A stretch of DNA of 64,000 nt. Source: an uncultured virus (IMG/VR IMGVR_UViG_3300042868_008532) (Duplodnaviria > Heunggongvirae > Uroviricota > Caudoviricetes). The notes under the pieces are model-generated. The model was not told the origin of the DNA and did not search any database. It worked only from the letters and a program-made list of their open reading frames with translations. A program made the translations under genes and the position numbers. Positions 41,690-51,737 of the stretch are shown here, piece by piece; position 1 is the first letter of the stretch; each line of letters opens with the position of its first letter. The DNA is taken from positions 1 through 64,000 of IMG/VR virus record IMGVR_UViG_3300042868_008532; one strand, 5' to 3'.

Positions 41690-43057
41690 TTAGAATCCAA
41701 GAGATGATAAGTCAATATCGTCTAAATCATCAAAATCATCATTATAGTCATCATCATCACTATCTTCATCAGACATTTTTGATTCGTACTCATGTTTTTT
41801 AAGGATTTCTACAATCTCATTAACCATTCTATCAATCATCTTTTTAGCTTCCGGTTTATCTGCCATAATAGCTTTCGCTAATGTTATAAAATCTTTTGCT
41901 TCTAATTGAGACAATTTCATAAATAAATATTGTTGAAGATGTCTTTGGTCCTCTTCATATAATTTGTCAGGCCAAACATTTCTAAATTTTTCCCAAAATA
42001 TTGGTCCTAACCTTGAATCCCATATTTCAGCTGGTAATGTATCTTCAGCACCAACAACCATACTTCTTTGAACAGGGTCGTTCGGTAAGCCTTGGTCACC
42101 ATATAATGAGTAAATACCTTTTACAATTTCGTGAACTAATAATGGAAAGGTAAAAGCTTTTGCTTTAATTGTTGGTGGGTCAGTTTCAGGGTCTGCTTCA
42201 GATTGTCCCATTTGACCACTACCACCACCTGCCATTCCTTCCATATCAGGATATAACCAATATAAGTGTTCCATTAATGATTGTGTTACACCATATAAAT
42301 TTAGTAGCTCAGGATTCAATCTATTTATTTCATCACTAACTAATGTATACATATGACCACCTTTAAATGCCGCTCCTTGAACTAATGAATTAATCATTCT
42401 TCTTTTCGCTTTTTCTAAATTAAATTTTTCCATAGAATCCATAAAGTCTTCTATTTCTTCTTGGTGTTCTTCACTTTCTTTAAATGCTTCTTCTACGTCT
42501 TCTTCATCCGGTTCTTCAGCTTTATTTTGCATTCCCTCAGAGGCTCCCATAGAACCACTAACTAATTCAACATCAAATTGTAATTGTCCTTCAGGAATAC
42601 CTAATTCTTTTTTAACTAAATTAACCGCTAAATTTTCAAGATATTCTTTATGTTGACCTTCAACTTGTTTAATTTGTTGTAAACTACGCATAACAGAACT
42701 CATTAAACCCATCATAGGGTTATTTCCTTGAATTGGTGTAGTATCACCTAAAAACCTTCTTACTTTATCAACGGAGTCTTTAAATCGTTGAGAAGAAATT
42801 AATTCAACAAAGTCGTTATCACCATCTTGTGGTAATGCAGGGTGTTCGGCGTATGGGGTTTTTCTTTGAGTAATTTGTCTTTCAATACCCGGTTCCATTC
42901 TTTCAGGTCCTTCATAACCAACAGGAGCCTCATTTAAAAGACGATTAATTTTTGTTAATCTAGTTTGTTGACTATTAGTCAATCCTTCATTAATCAATTT
43001 CCTATCTAAATCACTTTTGATTTTTAATATTTTTTCCATTTCTAAATTTACGCTCAT
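41690..43057 (-). CDS. Hypothetical phage protein
   Basis: 455-aa ORF in the head/packaging operon. Confidence 0.7.
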   Translation of the reverse strand: MSVNLEMEKILKIKSDLDRKLINEGLTNSQQTRLTKINRLLNEAPVGYEGPERMEPGIERQITQRKTPYAEHPALPQDGDNDFVELISSQRFKDSVDKVRRFLGDTTPIQGNNPMMGLMSSVMRSLQQIKQVEGQHKEYLENLAVNLVKKELGIPEGQLQFDVELVSGSMGASEGMQNKAEEPDEEDVEEAFKESEEHQEEIEDFMDSMEKFNLEKAKRRMINSLVQGAAFKGGHMYTLVSDEINRLNPELLNLYGVTQSLMEHLYWLYPDMEGMAGGGSGQMGQSEADPETDPPTIKAKAFTFPLLVHEIVKGIYSLYGDQGLPNDPVQRSMVVGAEDTLPAEIWDSRLGPIFWEKFRNVWPDKLYEEDQRHLQQYLFMKLSQLEAKDFITLAKAIMADKPEAKKMIDRMVNEIVEILKKHEYESKMSDEDSDDDDYNDDFDDLDDIDLSSLGF

Positions 43058-43059
43058 AA

Positions 43060-44070
43060 TTATTTTGTTTTTAACCCTAATTGATTAAATTTTAAAAAAC
43101 TTGGTAATTCTTTTTTTATTGCCTTAGGAGCACCTTGTTTACTAGGGTCCGGAGCAAAAGGATGTTTTGGTTTAACACCAGGGCTAACTTTTGGTTTTGC
43201 TGGTGCTGTTTTAGTGTCCTCATCCATTTCATGTTTTTTTGCTTTAGGAGCTCCTTTTTTATTAGGGTCCGGTTGAAATGGGTGTTTTGGTTTAACACCA
43301 GGACTAACTTTTGGTTTTGCGGGAGCAGTTTTAGTATCTCCTTCAATTAATTTTAAAAAATCTTGTTTAGACATTTTAGGTGTTATATGTTTTTCAACTA
43401 ATCTCATGATGTGTTTTTCTATTTTGTTTTCACCAATAGTAACACTTGGAGATATTTTTGTCAAATTTTTTTTAAATCCTCCGGAGACAGCTGCCTCTAA
43501 TTTCTTATCATAATCTTTAAAGTTAAAATCTTCTTTTGTTTCTTTTTTCTTTTCAGGTAATTTGTTAAATTTAGTGTTTTGGGCAAATTCATCAGCCATT
43601 CTACACCATTTATCTCTAACTTTTTTAGATTGAGATTTATCGTTACATCTTGCAAAAAAATATTTTTGTTGACTTTTAGATTCAAATTTTTCTTGAAGTT
43701 GACTGTCAGAATCATCATCCATACCATCAGGTCCTTGAACCTGTACAGGAGATTGACTTACCTCACCTTTATCAATATCATTATTATCTACATTACTATC
43801 TTCAGTAAATTCTACTTTACCATCAGGTAACATTTTAGCCATCGTCTTTCCTTGAGTAGATACACCTTTTTTAATTTCATCCGGTGTCGCAATAACTTTA
43901 GTTGATGTAACTGTTTGAACTTCTTTAGGTTCTTTCTTACTTTCCAATAAACGAGTAAACAATGAATTAACTTGTTTTTCTGATAAATATTGTAGTGTTG
44001 AGGCTTTAAATCCTTCTTTAATAAGTTTTAATTTTTTTTGATTAGTGTTCATATACAACTTTTTTTTCAA
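43060..44070 (-). CDS. Hypothetical protein with tandem Pro/Lys-rich repeat (start probably ~44052)
   Basis: DTKTAPAKPKVSPGVKPKHPF.PDP.K.GAPKA repeated twice. Confidence 0.7.
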   Translation of the reverse strand: MKKKLYMNTNQKKLKLIKEGFKASTLQYLSEKQVNSLFTRLLESKKEPKEVQTVTSTKVIATPDEIKKGVSTQGKTMAKMLPDGKVEFTEDSNVDNNDIDKGEVSQSPVQVQGPDGMDDDSDSQLQEKFESKSQQKYFFARCNDKSQSKKVRDKWCRMADEFAQNTKFNKLPEKKKETKEDFNFKDYDKKLEAAVSGGFKKNLTKISPSVTIGENKIEKHIMRLVEKHITPKMSKQDFLKLIEGDTKTAPAKPKVSPGVKPKHPFQPDPNKKGAPKAKKHEMDEDTKTAPAKPKVSPGVKPKHPFAPDPSKQGAPKAIKKELPSFLKFNQLGLKTK

Positions 44071-44452
44071 ATTCTAAAACGATATCTCGTTCATATAATT
44101 TATTTTTTACTGATTCTTCTGTTTCTCCAAACGAGAAAACTAGTCTAGTTTGTCTATCAAAATCAACATCATCACTTTCATTTTCATACCCTAAGGCTAT
44201 TATACCATCCATAGAATCAATCATTGAAAAATAATCAGAGTTTTGAATTACTGACATGGTTACCATATCATTCTTCAAAACTCCTACTTTTTTTATGTGT
44301 TCTAAATCAGGTGGGAGAGGATATCTATTGGACGGTTTTGAGTCCCAGTTTTCCCCCCAAATGTTTTCCGAACTATCTGAGAAAATAAATTCATATATGT
44401 TATCTCCTTTATAGTTTGGACCTAATTCATTAACATATATTAAATAACTCAT
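44042..44452 (-). CDS. Hypothetical phage protein
   Basis: 136-aa ORF, ATGA overlap with the upstream gene. Confidence 0.7.
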   Translation of the reverse strand: MSYLIYVNELGPNYKGDNIYEFIFSDSSENIWGENWDSKPSNRYPLPPDLEHIKKVGVLKNDMVTMSVIQNSDYFSMIDSMDGIIALGYENESDDVDFDRQTRLVFSFGETEESVKNKLYERDIVLEFEKKVVYEH

Positions 44453-45762
44453 AGTACTTCACCTTTAGTGTTTACTCTAAGTTGTTTATTATTCATTTCA
44501 AATACCAAATTATTTTTATTTGTTTTACCAACTAATTTTGCGTTTGGATATTTTATTACTAATTTAGTAGAAGCGACTTCTTGAGAAATACTTTCAGAAA
44601 TTTGTTTGATTTTAGAAATTTTATTTTTTCTTTCTTCTTTAATCAAATTAGTTTTTTGTGTTTTATTTTCTAATAATTGTTTTTCTTTTTGGTCAATTTT
44701 AAAATAACCTCTTAATACTTCATCAACTTTTGATTCTGTAAACATACCTTCAAACATATCTTCTAAATGATTTGCGTGGTCGTCTTTCATTGTGTGAGGA
44801 TTTAATCTTCTATGTCTTGGGTGAGAAGGTAATTCATCTTCTTCAAAATCAAGTTCAAAGTCATTATCCATAAACCCTTCAGCCATTTCAGGTTCTACAT
44901 CCATATCTGCTTGGATATCTTCAACTTCAGTATCATCGGTAAAATCTTCACCATCCATATCATCTTCTTGACCAAATTCATTAGCTTCATCTTCTTCAAA
45001 TTTATTCATGATTTCCTCTTTATCTTCTTCATCTAAAGATTCTAAATCTAACGCTGATAAGATTGAGTTTATAACGTATTTAACATCTTTAGATGTCATT
45101 GGTTCGTCTTCTTGAGCATCTTCAAAGGCTCTTAATTTTTGAGCCAATTTACCTGTTAGTTTTTGGATTACTTTTAAAGTAACAATTTCATCATCTTCAG
45201 GTTCCATTTCATCGTCACCTAAATCAATTTCTTCTTCGTCATCAATATCAAATTCATCTTCAGGTGCCGGAGCTGGAGCAGGTGCCGGAGCAGGTGCCGG
45301 AGCTGGAGCAGGTGCCGGAGCAGGAGCAGGTGCCGGAGCCGGTGCAGATTGTTCATCAGTTTCCCCACCTTTCATTTTTAAGATATATTTTGTTGCGTCG
45401 TTTTCGTAAAATAAATTAACATTGGTTTCTTGACCTTCGTTAACATTAACTTCTTTTGCGATTAAATTAAGTCTTTTAAAAGCTTGAGAATAAGAAGAAT
45501 AATATTTTCTATTTTTCATTGGCTCTAAATAATCTACTTCACCAGCAGATTCTGTTAAACTTCTTTTAATAACATAACCATTTTTTTCTTTGATAATTTG
45601 ATAATTTCTACCATCAGCTAATGTTTTAGTATAATCAACTGAAGTACTCTCATTTATCGGTGTAGGTTTGTTTTCATTATATTTTGCGATTTCCATGATA
45701 CGTTGAATCTTCTCCATACCTTGTAATTTTTCGCTACCAATCGGTCTTAAATTATTTCCCAT
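44449..45762 (-). CDS. Acidic protein with Ala-Pro repeat, probable prohead/internal protein
   Basis: (AP)n tract, D/E-rich segments. Confidence 0.6.
   Translation of the reverse strand: MGNNLRPIGSEKLQGMEKIQRIMEIAKYNENKPTPINESTSVDYTKTLADGRNYQIIKEKNGYVIKRSLTESAGEVDYLEPMKNRKYYSSYSQAFKRLNLIAKEVNVNEGQETNVNLFYENDATKYILKMKGGETDEQSAPAPAPAPAPAPAPAPAPAPAPAPAPAPEDEFDIDDEEEIDLGDDEMEPEDDEIVTLKVIQKLTGKLAQKLRAFEDAQEDEPMTSKDVKYVINSILSALDLESLDEEDKEEIMNKFEEDEANEFGQEDDMDGEDFTDDTEVEDIQADMDVEPEMAEGFMDNDFELDFEEDELPSHPRHRRLNPHTMKDDHANHLEDMFEGMFTESKVDEVLRGYFKIDQKEKQLLENKTQKTNLIKEERKNKISKIKQISESISQEVASTKLVIKYPNAKLVGKTNKNNLVFEMNNKQLRVNTKGEVL
45262..45346 (-). repeat. Coding 6-bp-unit repeat encoding (Ala-Pro)n
   Basis: gcaggtgccggagc-type tandem units; APAPAP in the protein. 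Confidence 0.85.
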
Positions 45763-45937
45763 TTGTTAATTTTTTATAAAATTATTTTATTTATAAATAT
45801 ATTCAGAATTAAGAATGTTAAGATTCTGGTATATTTTTATGGTTTAGTAAAAACTTTTTTAAATTATTTATCTATAAATAGTTGGGAATTAAAAAAAAAA
45901 TGTTATTTTTGTATCAAACATTAAAACATTTACTGAT

Positions 45938-46321
45938 ATGAAAAAACTAATCACCATCATCCTTTTTATTTTTATCTCAAATTTATCCTTCTCCCAAATA
46001 AAAAGGGCGGGTAGTTTTTATGAATTAACTGATTTATGGAAAAAAGATTCTGTATCGGTTAAACAATTAATTACCAAGTTTGATTTAAATATTACCAAAT
46101 TAGATACGGTACAATTCTTTAAACAATTTAACTTAAATAAAGATTTACACACTAATTACTCATACGAATGTTATGTGTATAAATTAGATAAGAAGACTAA
46201 CACTATTTCAATGAAAGAATATTTTCGTCAAAGTCTAAAACCAAAATTAAACAAATATGTTATGATTTTCTGTTTTGATAATGATAATGGTGAAAAAATA
46301 ATTAACATCAAAATATTTTAA
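45938..46321 (+). CDS. Secreted protein with signal peptide
   Basis: MKKLITIILFIFISNLSFS|Q; TATTTTTG promoter element at 45904. Confidence 0.65.
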   Translation: MKKLITIILFIFISNLSFSQIKRAGSFYELTDLWKKDSVSVKQLITKFDLNITKLDTVQFFKQFNLNKDLHTNYSYECYVYKLDKKTNTISMKEYFRQSLKPKLNKYVMIFCFDNDNGEKIINIKIF

Positions 46322-46355
46322 AAAAAAAGGGGTCTCGTTAAAGACCCTTTTTTTT
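46322..46355. terminator. Bidirectional terminator between convergent genes
   Basis: A-tract GGGTCT CGTTAA AGACCC T-tract. Confidence 0.8.
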
Positions 46356-47373
46356 ATTTCATTATTGTTGGAAGTTTAATTATTAATCTTCGATTAGGTG
46401 CGGTTTCATTTTGATTTGTTACCTCCGGGAATTTTTTACCGGGTGCGAATTGGTCTGTTTCACCAATACCTTTAGGAATAAAATTTAACTTAATTCCTGG
46501 TAAACTAGATTTAAGAGTTGTTGCAATTTTCTGAGCTCTTTTTTTAGATAAATCCATATCATAATCTTTTCTTTTTTGACCTGATGCAACTTTACCTTCA
46601 GGGTTTCCATCTATAGATGATGAACAAATTACCTCAACATCTCCTTGAACATTAGAATAATTTGATTTAATAGATTGTACAAAATCATTAAATTCTTTTT
46701 GAGCCTCATTTGTTAGTTCAACACTATCAAAATTAAAAGGGCTTGTTATGTTTAATTCAAATGGTTTGTCTACCGGTACTTCTTCCGGTTTATTTGAATT
46801 AAATGATGTATTGTATTGACCAGGATAGAAATTTATAAGATATGCTTTTCCTCGACTTCTATAATATGTTTTAGCTGAGATTATACCATCTTTTGATTCT
46901 TGATATCTAGAGTTATTTTTAAAATAATCCCCCGGAAATTCTTGAATACTCGCACCATAAACTATTGGAACACCAATAGGTGATTTTTTAGAAGGGGCAT
47001 CTTGAGGTACTACAGCTATAAACGCAAAATCAAGATTTTTAGTTTGAATAGGTGCCGCATTAGAATTTACAATTCCTTGCCAATTTTCTGTGGTAAGTTC
47101 AATATTAGTTCTAAAATTTTCATCTACAACTTCTTGAGTTTTAACATTATATTTAAAATCGTATAAATTACCATTTAATGGTTGAGTCGGTTTAACTTCC
47201 CCATCTTCATCTACAGATACTTCATATAATTCCCCATCGATTATTTTAATATTAATTCCAGTCGCTCCAATACTATAATAAGAGTTATCATCAGAACTAT
47301 TTTGTTCACTCATAACTCTTTTAACAATTTTATAAAATTCAGACTCAGTTAGTCTAATAATTTTTTTTCCCAT
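46354..47373 (-). CDS. OmpA-family C-terminal domain protein without signal peptide
   Basis: FNFDSVEL, DLSKKRAQKIA..L, GIGET, NRRLII. Confidence 0.75.
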   Translation of the reverse strand: MGKKIIRLTESEFYKIVKRVMSEQNSSDDNSYYSIGATGINIKIIDGELYEVSVDEDGEVKPTQPLNGNLYDFKYNVKTQEVVDENFRTNIELTTENWQGIVNSNAAPIQTKNLDFAFIAVVPQDAPSKKSPIGVPIVYGASIQEFPGDYFKNNSRYQESKDGIISAKTYYRSRGKAYLINFYPGQYNTSFNSNKPEEVPVDKPFELNITSPFNFDSVELTNEAQKEFNDFVQSIKSNYSNVQGDVEVICSSSIDGNPEGKVASGQKRKDYDMDLSKKRAQKIATTLKSSLPGIKLNFIPKGIGETDQFAPGKKFPEVTNQNETAPNRRLIIKLPTIMK

Positions 47374-47378
47374 AATTT

Positions 47379-48134
47379 TTATTTTTTAAATAAACACCTT
47401 TCTTTTAAAGAAAGGGTTTTGTCGGTGTAGTTTGTTTGAAAGTCAAACAATTTTTGTATATAACCATTTCTTCTTAATGTTTTAAATACCAAATTTTCGT
47501 TTGAATACTCACCCCCATCTTCAAGACCTCTAGTTCTATATTTTTTAAGTTTATCTTTAAATTTATTAATAATATTATTTGAACTTTCTAATGAAGATTC
47601 ATCTTCCGCATCGGTAATAACATCGTCAATCATTTTCATCCATTCTTGGGACTTATTTTTGATTAATGTTGTATCAATTTCAACATCTTCTTTTTTTGGT
47701 TTGGTTATCCATTCATTCAATAACACTGAGTACTCACCACTACTAGTGTGAGGTTCAGTTGTGTTTTGAACATATAATTCAACATCATAACCAAAAATTG
47801 TAATATTATGTTTATCGTTAAATAATGTTTTTTTTAATCGAAACAATTCCTCATATAAAGGTAATTCTTTTTCAGAAAATTGTTTAAAGTCTACAAGAAT
47901 ATGTAAATCAACATCGGAATACTGTGACCAATTATAATTAGATAAAGACCCGGTCATAACAACATCGTCAACAATCATATCAACACCAATGAAATCAATA
48001 AATTCGTAAGCTATTTGCAACAAACGTTCCCTAACCTTTGGGGACATCTCATCGGATGATTTCCAAATTTTAGGGTTTAACTCATCTTGTAGATGAAAGC
48101 TAGACAATATACTTTTTAAGTTACTCATTATCAA
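47379..48134 (-). CDS. Nucleotidyltransferase, Pol-beta superfamily
   Basis: TGSLSNYNWSQYSDVDLH (GS...DxD) plus third acidic residue in DVELYVQ. Confidence 0.75.
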   Translation of the reverse strand: MIMSNLKSILSSFHLQDELNPKIWKSSDEMSPKVRERLLQIAYEFIDFIGVDMIVDDVVMTGSLSNYNWSQYSDVDLHILVDFKQFSEKELPLYEELFRLKKTLFNDKHNITIFGYDVELYVQNTTEPHTSSGEYSVLLNEWITKPKKEDVEIDTTLIKNKSQEWMKMIDDVITDAEDESSLESSNNIINKFKDKLKKYRTRGLEDGGEYSNENLVFKTLRRNGYIQKLFDFQTNYTDKTLSLKERCLFKK

Positions 48135-48158
48135 TAAATACTTAAAAATGTATAATTG

Positions 48159-48401
48159 TTAAACTTTTTTGTATTTGAATTTTTTAGATATATCTGTAGT
48201 AAAGTATTTCCCTTGAGAATCAGCTAATCTAAATTTGGTATAAACATTATGAGGTACATCTTCATATTCATATTTCGTCCCATTTTTAAATTCCGCAATC
48301 ATTTTTTTAGTTGATGTATCGTACTCAGTTCTTACGATGTTTGTTGACTCAATCTCATTAATGATTTTAGTCCCGTTTATTATTTCTCTTTTTACTGCCA
48401 T
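48159..48401 (-). CDS. KTSC domain protein
   Basis: STNI....YD.....L/M..EFKNG..YEY.DVP..VY..F..ADS.GKYF. Confidence 0.85.
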   Translation of the reverse strand: MAVKREIINGTKIINEIESTNIVRTEYDTSTKKMIAEFKNGTKYEYEDVPHNVYTKFRLADSQGKYFTTDISKKFKYKKV

Positions 48402-48699
48402 TTCCTAAAGGTGTTTTTAAGTCGATTATTTTTAGTTTATCCATAAGATAATCATTAAACTCATTAAGGTCAACATCACCGAAAAAACTTCTTATTTCAG
48501 AAAATATTCTATCTTTCGACCTTGAAAATTTTTGGAAATTACCCATAATATCGGTTGGGTAATATGGGGGACTTTTTAAATCATCATCGCTCCACCCCTC
48601 TCGTTGGAATGCCTTACGTAAATTGTAGTAAGTATCAATTAGTTCATTATCAACACCTAATGTATCAATATACTTCATCCAATGTTTTTTATGTGTCAT
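48367..48699 (-). CDS. Hypothetical phage protein
   Basis: 110-aa ORF with TATTTATA upstream. Confidence 0.6.
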   Translation of the reverse strand: MTHKKHWMKYIDTLGVDNELIDTYYNLRKAFQREGWSDDDLKSPPYYPTDIMGNFQKFSRSKDRIFSEIRSFFGDVDLNEFNDYLMDKLKIIDLKTPLGNGSKKRNNKRD

Positions 48700-48724
48700 G
48701 TTTATAAATATAATTCAAATTTGT

Positions 48725-48755
48725 TTTGTACACTCAATATTTTACATTACTTTTG
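48725..48755 (+). promoter_or_regulatory. Bacteroidota sigma-ABfr-type promoter of clpC
   Basis: TTTG (48725) - 19 nt - TACTTTTG (48748). Confidence 0.75.
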
Positions 48756-48810
48756 TGGAATCATTTGAGAAAATGAATTTAATACTTATACTTAATTAAA
48801 ACAATAAATT

Positions 48811-50859
48811 ATGACAGAACCTATGGATGGTGGAAGTAACGGTGGAAATAATAAATCAGTTAAGACTGATTCATCAACACCTGTATTAGACAATTTTAGT
48901 AGAGACCTTATTAAATTAGCCGAACAAGGAAAACTTGACCCGGTAATTGGTAGAGAAAGGGAAATCACTAGAATTGCTCAGATTCTTTCACGTAGAAAGA
49001 AAAATAACCCAATCATTATTGGTGAACCTGGTTGTGGTAAAACAGCAATCGTTGAAGGTCTTGCCATTATGATTTATAATGGGGAATGTCCAAGAAACTT
49101 AATGGACAAACGTATCGTATCATTAGATATGACATCAATTGTTGCCGGAACCAAATATCGTGGACAATTTGAGGAAAGAATGAAAGTTATCATTGAAGAA
49201 CTTCAAAACGAACCTAACATTATCGTATTCATTGACGAAATCCACACAATAGTTGGTGCAGGAAATTCATCAGGTTCAATGGATGCGTCTAACATCTTTA
49301 AACCAGCACTTGCTCGTGGTGAGATTCAATGTGTTGGAGCAACAACCTTAGACGAATATCGAAAAAACTTTGAGAAAGACGGAGCGTTAGAAAGACGTTT
49401 TCAAAAAGTTGTTGTGGATTCAGCAACCAAAGAAGAAACTTTGGAAATCCTTAAAAACGTAAAAGACAAATACGAGAACTTCCATAAGGTAACTTATACG
49501 GATGAAGTATTGTCTGTATGTGTTGATTTGGCTGACCGTTATATCACTGACAGAGAATTCCCGGATAAAGGTTTTGATATCATTGATGAAGTGGGAGCAA
49601 GAAGTCAAGTTGATATTAAGATGCCGGATTCAATTGAGAAATTGAAACAACAAGCGTCTGATATCAAACAAGAAAAGATTGATGTTGTAAAACAACAACG
49701 ATATGAAGAAGCTGCGAACTTACGTGATAAAGAAAAACGTATCTTAACCAAACTTGAGACTGAAAAGAAAAAGTTTGAAGAAGAACTTCTTACTCACAAA
49801 AAAGAAATCACATTAGATTTAGTTTATGAGGTTGTGTCTAACATGACCAAAATTCCGGTAACCAAATTAAATGCTGATGAGACCAAACTATTATCTGAGA
49901 TGGAGGCAAACCTATCTGATAAAGTTATTGGACAATCTGAAGCCGTTTCAAAGATTGCTAAGTCAATCCGTAGAAACAGAATTGGTATTAAGGACCCGAA
50001 CAAACCAATCGGTTCATTTATCTTCTTAGGTTCAACAGGTGTTGGTAAAACATACTTGGCGAAACAACTAGCAAAACAAATGTTTGGTAGTGAAGATAAT
50101 ATGATTCGTGTGGATATGTCTGAATACCAAGAAAAACACACCATCTCAAGATTAATTGGAGCACCTCCGGGATACGTTGGATACGATGAAGGGGGACAAT
50201 TAACCGAACAAGTGAAAAACAAACCTTATTCTGTAATTCTATTTGATGAGATTGAGAAAGCTAACAAAGATATCTTCTCAACACTTCTTCAAGTATTAGA
50301 CGACGGTCACCTTACCGATGGTATGGGGAGAAAGATTAACTTCAAAAATTGTGTCATCATTATGACCTCTAATGTTGGAGCTAAAAAATTACAAGATTTT
50401 GGTTCAGGAGTTGGTTTTAAAACCGGAACAAGCACTTATGCTGATGAAGAATACAAACGTGATGTTCTTAAAAAAGAACTTAAGAAATTCTTCACACCGG
50501 AATTCTTAAACAGAATTGATGAGGTTGTTATCTTTAACACCCTAATTAAAGATGATGTTAAGAAAATTGTGAAATTGGAATTAGACAAACTATCTAAAAG
50601 ATTAGTTGGTTTGAAATACGATATTACATTTGATGATACCATTTTAGACCTAATCTCTGAAGTTGGATTTGATGAGACCTACGGGGCTAGACCAATCAAA
50701 AGAGCAATCCAAGATAAAATTGAGGATTTTGTGTCCGAAGAAATTATCAAAGGAAATATGGTGGAGGGTGTTCCATACACCCTTATATCCGTAGAGAAAG
50801 AAGTGGTAGTTAAACCGGAAGTTGTTAAAAAGACAAGAAAGAAAAAAGAGGACATATAG
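48811..50859 (+). CDS. clpC: ClpC-like AAA+ ATPase lacking the N-terminal domain
   Basis: Two AAA modules ([16 protein letters not shown]), UVR/M-domain [14 protein letters not shown] ClpP-docking loop; starts directly at [11 protein letters not shown]. Confidence 0.9.
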   Translation: MTEPMDGGSNGGNNKSVKTDSSTPVLDNFSRDLIKLAEQGKLDPVIGREREITRIAQILSRRKKNNPIIIGEPGCGKTAIVEGLAIMIYNGECPRNLMDKRIVSLDMTSIVAGTKYRGQFEERMKVIIEELQNEPNIIVFIDEIHTIVGAGNSSGSMDASNIFKPALARGEIQCVGATTLDEYRKNFEKDGALERRFQKVVVDSATKEETLEILKNVKDKYENFHKVTYTDEVLSVCVDLADRYITDREFPDKGFDIIDEVGARSQVDIKMPDSIEKLKQQASDIKQEKIDVVKQQRYEEAANLRDKEKRILTKLETEKKKFEEELLTHKKEITLDLVYEVVSNMTKIPVTKLNADETKLLSEMEANLSDKVIGQSEAVSKIAKSIRRNRIGIKDPNKPIGSFIFLGSTGVGKTYLAKQLAKQMFGSEDNMIRVDMSEYQEKHTISRLIGAPPGYVGYDEGGQLTEQVKNKPYSVILFDEIEKANKDIFSTLLQVLDDGHLTDGMGRKINFKNCVIIMTSNVGAKKLQDFGSGVGFKTGTSTYADEEYKRDVLKKELKKFFTPEFLNRIDEVVIFNTLIKDDVKKIVKLELDKLSKRLVGLKYDITFDDTILDLISEVGFDETYGARPIKRAIQDKIEDFVSEEIIKGNMVEGVPYTLISVEKEVVVKPEVVKKTRKKKEDI

Positions 50860-50872
50860 TCCTCTTTTTTTT
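50843..50872. terminator. Bidirectional terminator
   Basis: AAAAAAGAGGAC ATATA GTCCTCTTTTTT; same loop as the capsid terminator. Confidence 0.8.
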
Positions 50873-50873
50873 A

Positions 50874-51695
50874 TTAAAATGATTTAAAATACTTACTGTC
50901 AACTTTAAACGGGTACTTTTTATATCCCAACCCCTCAATCATCTTTTTACCTGTCTCTATTCCACTATAAACATCTTCAACAACAACATACTCATTTGGG
51001 GTGTGATAGTTGTAATAACCTATCGCAAAATTGATACAGGAGAAATCAAAGATATTCTTTAATGCGTAAACATCAGTATATGGATGTGATTGATAATCAT
51101 GTCTCCCATTAAATCCTTCATTCAATGCAACATCACAAATATTAAAGAATTCACCACCTCTTTCAAACAGTTGTGTCCCCATACAATATTCGCTTACCAT
51201 AACATTTCCCGGAGCGTCAAACTGAATACCGTATCCAACATTTAAAAAGAAATTTGGGTCGGCTTTTTTGGACCCATGACATCCGGTTTCTTCTGATACA
51301 AAGAAAGCGGCTTTTAAATTTGGTAATTCTTTCAATAGTTCCAAACAAGCAAAAACTCCACATTTATCGTCTCCCCCAATACCAGTTGGGTGTCCGAAAT
51401 GATTATAAGCCTTTAACGATGGTTTAGGTATTTTTTGTTCATTTGGTAATATTTCCTCACGAATAATAATATTGTCTAAAGAGTGAACAGTATCTGTATG
51501 TGCAATAACACAAGGAAAGTAATCAATAAATTCGTCCGTTTGTTTAACAGCGTAAATATTTTTATGTTCGTCCACATTGAAGGGAATCCCATTTTGTTCT
51601 AACCAATTGATTAGAAATTCTACCATAAGGTCTTCTTGATAAGTTTTTGTCGGGACCGACAAGACTTGTTTTAATAATTCATAATCTTTTTCCAT
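50874..51695 (-). CDS. M20/M28-family zinc peptidase-like hydrolase
   Basis: AHTDTVH, GGDDKCG, SEETG, QFD, YHT..E. Confidence 0.8.
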   Translation of the reverse strand: MEKDYELLKQVLSVPTKTYQEDLMVEFLINWLEQNGIPFNVDEHKNIYAVKQTDEFIDYFPCVIAHTDTVHSLDNIIIREEILPNEQKIPKPSLKAYNHFGHPTGIGGDDKCGVFACLELLKELPNLKAAFFVSEETGCHGSKKADPNFFLNVGYGIQFDAPGNVMVSEYCMGTQLFERGGEFFNICDVALNEGFNGRHDYQSHPYTDVYALKNIFDFSCINFAIGYYNYHTPNEYVVVEDVYSGIETGKKMIEGLGYKKYPFKVDSKYFKSF

Positions 51696-51737
51696 AACGC
51701 AAATATAGGGAAAATAATTAAAAATTTAAAGATAACA

